From positions 754-64,753 of the forward strand of contig DYDE01000001.1 in the NCBI GenBank assembly GCA_020718065.1: DNA of 64,000 nucleotides. The letters are read 5' to 3'. The stretch is from Marinifilum sp. (lineage in GTDB: Bacteria > Bacteroidota > Bacteroidia > Bacteroidales > CG2-30-32-10). Positions 60,649 through 64,000 of this stretch are shown one piece after another. Under the pieces are notes generated by a model. The model saw only the letters and a program-made list of their open reading frames with translations, was not told the origin of the DNA and made no database searches. The position numbers were made by a program, and so were the translations under genes. Position 1 is the stretch's first letter. The number at the start of each line of letters is the position of its first letter.

Positions 60649-61809
60649 ATGAATTATTATTTAAAAGTATTACAGAATTATTCAACATTCAATGGAAGAG
60701 CAGATCGAAAAGAGTATTGGATATTTTTCTCTTTTAATTTTATTTTTTCATTTGGTTTAACTATTATTGATAGACTTGTAAGTTTTAATAATGCTCGTTA
60801 TGGATTAGGTTTCATTAATATTTTTTTTTCAATAGTAGTTTTTATACCCTCTTTTGCAGTTGGTGTTAGAAGAATGCATGACGTTGGTAAAAGTGGTTGG
60901 TTTTTGTTAATACCTATTTATAATTTAATTTTAGCATGTTCTAAAAGTCAAAAAGGTATAAATAAATATGATACTGAACCTGAAATGAAACTTAAAGCTT
61001 TATTTTTATGGGTTTTTTCGATAATTTTCACTATGGGAATAGCTTATTATCAAAGAACAACAGGTCCAACATACCCTTTAAAAAAGTCAGTAGTTATAAA
61101 TGATATTAAAATAAAATGCAAACTTCCGCGTGCATATGGTGGTGAAGGAGATGCAGAAATTAAAGTTTTAGTTTCCGATACAGCAATTAAAGGATTTCTT
61201 AAATTTAAACGTTTTAAAAGTTTTGATGAATGGTCAGAAATACCAATGGATAGAGAAGGTGATCATCTTATTGCTAAAATACCTCACCAACCACCTGCTG
61301 GAAAAGTAAGTTATGAATTATATTTTATTGATAAAAATGTCAAATACACATTAACTGAAACTCCGGTTATTATTAGATTCAGAGGTGATGTTCCAGCTTG
61401 GGTGCTAATACCTCATATAATTTTTATGTTCGGAGCTATGTTATTTTCAACCAGAACAGGTCTTGAAGCTTTAACAAAAGGCAAGAACACTTTTAAATTT
61501 ACTTTTATCACTGTTATAGCTCTTTTCATTGGAGGATCCATTCTCGGACCAGTTGTTCAGAAATATGCTTTTGGTGCATACTGGACAGGCTGGCCATTTG
61601 GGCACGATCTTACAGACAACAAAACAGCTGTGGCATTAATATTTTGGATAATTGCATTAATAGTTATGTGGAGAAAAAAAGATAATCGTTTCTGGGCAAT
61701 ATTTGCAGCATTTATGTTATTGGTGGTTTATTTAATACCACATAGTGTTTTAGGATCGGAAATTGATTATACAAAAAAGACCGAAACTGTGAATCTACCT
61801 TTGAAATAA
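60649..61809 (+). CDS. DUF805-domain protein fused to a larger polytopic membrane domain
   Basis: The N-terminal about 105 aa carry DUF805 hallmarks (GRADRKEYW, VGVRRMHDVGKSGW). These continue without a stop into about 280 aa containing a soluble insert and four or five further hydrophobic helices. Confidence 0.6.
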   Translation: MNYYLKVLQNYSTFNGRADRKEYWIFFSFNFIFSFGLTIIDRLVSFNNARYGLGFINIFFSIVVFIPSFAVGVRRMHDVGKSGWFLLIPIYNLILACSKSQKGINKYDTEPEMKLKALFLWVFSIIFTMGIAYYQRTTGPTYPLKKSVVINDIKIKCKLPRAYGGEGDAEIKVLVSDTAIKGFLKFKRFKSFDEWSEIPMDREGDHLIAKIPHQPPAGKVSYELYFIDKNVKYTLTETPVIIRFRGDVPAWVLIPHIIFMFGAMLFSTRTGLEALTKGKNTFKFTFITVIALFIGGSILGPVVQKYAFGAYWTGWPFGHDLTDNKTAVALIFWIIALIVMWRKKDNRFWAIFAAFMLLVVYLIPHSVLGSEIDYTKKTETVNLPLK

Positions 61810-61901
61810 ATAAACTAAAACCTCTAACATATTACACAATTTCTTTCATTTTTCTTATAAAAATTGTAGGTTTGTTATCGTTTATCAATAAATAAAACAA
61901 G

Positions 61902-62636
61902 ATGAATATTTACAATACGATTGCAGATAAAATTAAGCAACAAAAAAAACAGTTTGCTGTATTGATAGATCCTGATAAGACCAACAAAGAAAAACTCACA
62001 CATATCATAAAAGAAGCTGTCAAGAATAATGTGGATTATTTTTTTATTGGCGGAAGCCTAATAACTGACAATAATTTTGAAGATTACATTCAGCAAATAA
62101 AAGAAAATTGTGATATTCCTGTAGTAATATTCCCTGGAAACACCATGCAAATAAGTAGTTATGCTGATGCCATTCTATTTCTTTCTCTTATTTCAGGTAG
62201 AAATCCTGAGATGCTAATAGGGAAGCATGTGGTTGCTGCACCATACCTTAAAAAAAGCAAGCTGGAAATTATTCCAACAGGTTATATGTTAATAGACAGT
62301 GGCAGACCAACTACAGCTTTATATATGAGCAATTCTTCGCCTATTCCTGCTGATAAACCCGACATCGCCATGTGTACTGCTATGGCAGGTGAAATGTTGG
62401 GATTGAAAATGATTTATATGGATGCAGGAAGTGGTGCAGATAAAATTATTTCCGAAATGATGATTAAAAAAGTAAGAAATAGCATTTCACTACCTTTAAT
62501 TATAGGTGGAGGAATAAAAACAGCAGAACAAGCACTTTCTTGTTTCAATGCTGGTGCAGATATTATTGTAGTTGGTAACGCCATTGAGGAGAATGATTCC
62601 TTAATTGAACATATCGCCAATAGCATTAAAAAATAA
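61902..62636 (+). CDS. Geranylgeranylglyceryl/heptaprenylglyceryl phosphate synthase family (PcrB/GGGPS)
   Basis: 244 aa TIM-barrel pattern: FFIGGS, YMDAGSGA, LIIGGGIKTAEQA..GADIIVVGNAIE. Confidence 0.8.
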   Translation: MNIYNTIADKIKQQKKQFAVLIDPDKTNKEKLTHIIKEAVKNNVDYFFIGGSLITDNNFEDYIQQIKENCDIPVVIFPGNTMQISSYADAILFLSLISGRNPEMLIGKHVVAAPYLKKSKLEIIPTGYMLIDSGRPTTALYMSNSSPIPADKPDIAMCTAMAGEMLGLKMIYMDAGSGADKIISEMMIKKVRNSISLPLIIGGGIKTAEQALSCFNAGADIIVVGNAIEENDSLIEHIANSIKK

Positions 62637-62641
62637 GTTTT

Positions 62642-64000
62642 TTATTTTATCATTTCTTTTAAGACTTTGTAATCTGTTTTTCCGGTACCCAGTAGGGGAA
62701 TTTCTTCGATTTCTATGACCCTATGAATTTTAACAAGATTTGAAAAGCCACTTTCTTTAATATATGTATTGGTTTCATCGATATTCATTTTCATTGTTGA
62801 AAATAAAACAATCTGTGGAGGGTCTACGTTATCGCGGCCTTCTACAGCAAGTACAACTTTTTCGTCATTACCAAATTTCTTAAGTAAGGCATTTTCAATA
62901 GCAGGAAGGCTAATCATTTCACCAGCAATCTTGATAAATCTTTTTAATCTACCAGTAATAAATAAAAAGCCATCTTCATCCAAGTAGCCCAAGTCGCCTG
63001 TTTTGTAGTAGTCAAAGCCATTAATTTTCACAAATGGAGAAGCAATGATGTTATCCAAATAGCCTTTAAACACATTGTCGCCCCTGACCATGATCATCCC
63101 TTCCGTTCCATGTGTTAATGGAGCATAGGTATTAATATCTGTAATTAAGCAATCCAATCCTTCTATGAACTTACCAACACTTTTCTCTTTTTGCTTTTCG
63201 AGCAGGTTCATTGATATGATAGGAGCGCATTCGGTGATTCCATATCCTTCGATGAGGATGGCATTCTCATTCGCTTTTTCGTAAAAAGATTTAAGGATGG
63301 ATGGATGTAAGCTTTCTGCCCCAATAATTGCCAAATCAACACGTTTCAAATCAATGGGGGAGGTAATAGCAAGCAGCATTTTTAGAAATGTTGGGGTCGC
63401 TAATAATGTGTTGGCCTTGGTATGTTTTAATATTTTCAATACTTCGCGGCAGTCGGTAGGGTCAGGAGTGTAGGCTACTTTAATTCCTGAAATTAGAGGC
63501 AATATTGTCAATATAGAAAATCCAAAACTATGAAATGGAGGCAAGAAAGCCAGGAATATTTTATCACTGCTTAAAGTTAAATAATATAAAGCGCCACTCA
63601 GATCCGAAAGAATGTTTTTATGAGTTAGAGGAACTGCCTTTGGCAAGGCTTCGCTGCCTGAGGTAAATAAAATGACTGCAACATCATCGGTTTTAATATT
63701 AGGAACAAATTGGAAATACGAATTGAGTAAACCAGCAATCTTGGTAGAAGTGGAGGTTTCTTTCACTTTTTGTTCGAAGAAAATGCATTTTTCTTTCACA
63801 GAATCAGGCAATATCTCTGAAACTTTATCAAAAAATGTTTTTGCAGTAAGGATGCTTTTTAGTTCTACACTTTCGACACAATGTTCCAATGTTTTCTTTC
63901 CGACAGTCCAGTTGAGCATTACCGGAGTTTTTCCTGCTAAATAAGTTGCTATAACCAGCAATGCAGTGCTTTGCAAGGCAGGCAACATAATGCCGACATA
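62642..64000 (-). CDS. AMP-dependent synthetase/ligase (acyl-CoA / acyl-ACP synthetase-like); 5' end is outside the window
   Basis: AMP-binding motifs ILFTSGSEALPKAV, GYGITECAP, YKTGDLG, GRLKRFIKIAGEMIS. The reading frame stays open upstream of the track Met to the window edge (YVGIMLPAL). Confidence 0.8.
   Translation of the reverse strand, partial: YVGIMLPALQSTALLVIATYLAGKTPVMLNWTVGKKTLEHCVESVELKSILTAKTFFDKVSEILPDSVKEKCIFFEQKVKETSTSTKIAGLLNSYFQFVPNIKTDDVAVILFTSGSEALPKAVPLTHKNILSDLSGALYYLTLSSDKIFLAFLPPFHSFGFSILTILPLISGIKVAYTPDPTDCREVLKILKHTKANTLLATPTFLKMLLAITSPIDLKRVDLAIIGAESLHPSILKSFYEKANENAILIEGYGITECAPIISMNLLEKQKEKSVGKFIEGLDCLITDINTYAPLTHGTEGMIMVRGDNVFKGYLDNIIASPFVKINGFDYYKTGDLGYLDEDGFLFITGRLKRFIKIAGEMISLPAIENALLKKFGNDEKVVLAVEGRDNVDPPQIVLFSTMKMNIDETNTYIKESGFSNLVKIHRVIEIEEIPLLGTGKTDYKVLKEMIK

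Overview
Visibly AT-rich chromosomal window with Bacteroidota hallmarks: a T9SS C-terminal sorting domain, a FISUMP lipoprotein, S46 and S9B dipeptidyl peptidases, a GH20 hexosaminidase and an LptD-like/amidase/MlaD neighbourhood. Most of it is housekeeping: dnaB, secA, aroK, a five-gene glycan-modification/export operon, cutC, ridA, mpl, fsa/tal, metF, metH, dnaE and a PcrB/GGGPS homolog. The standout is a tightly packed nine-gene plus-strand operon at 16528-28836. It encodes a tail-anchored Ser/Thr kinase with a large unknown domain, a long coiled-coil protein and a ClpB-D2-type AAA+ ATPase with a non-canonical N-terminal half. An NrdG-type radical-SAM activase overlaps that ATPase gene by 4 bp. 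These are followed by a zinc-ribbon/FHA protein, a PP2C phosphatase and three tandem diverged paralogs of a three-TM protein whose large C-terminal domain ends in a PQQ-like propeller blade. I cannot match this gene combination to any named system, and no T6SS structural genes accompany it, so it is my candidate for the undescribed system. Second-tier observations follow. Three unrelated intergenic arrays of strictly 21-bp-phased tandem repeats (14 to 22 units, no indels seen, 63- or 84-bp super-periods) each sit upstream of a plus-strand gene, and one lies directly upstream of the candidate operon. An imperfect roughly 40-bp direct repeat brackets the operon plus cutC. Two copies of a MITE-like element share terminal inverted repeats. 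A 14-mer recurs at gene ends. An in-frame TAG interrupts the lipoprotein signal peptide of the FISUMP gene. A RelE/ParE toxin-antitoxin pair and a Wzt-type ABC ATPase without a Wzm permease are also present. No integrase, transposase, tRNA, rRNA or CRISPR array was recognised. All calls come from reading motifs by eye; no database search or composition calculation was run.
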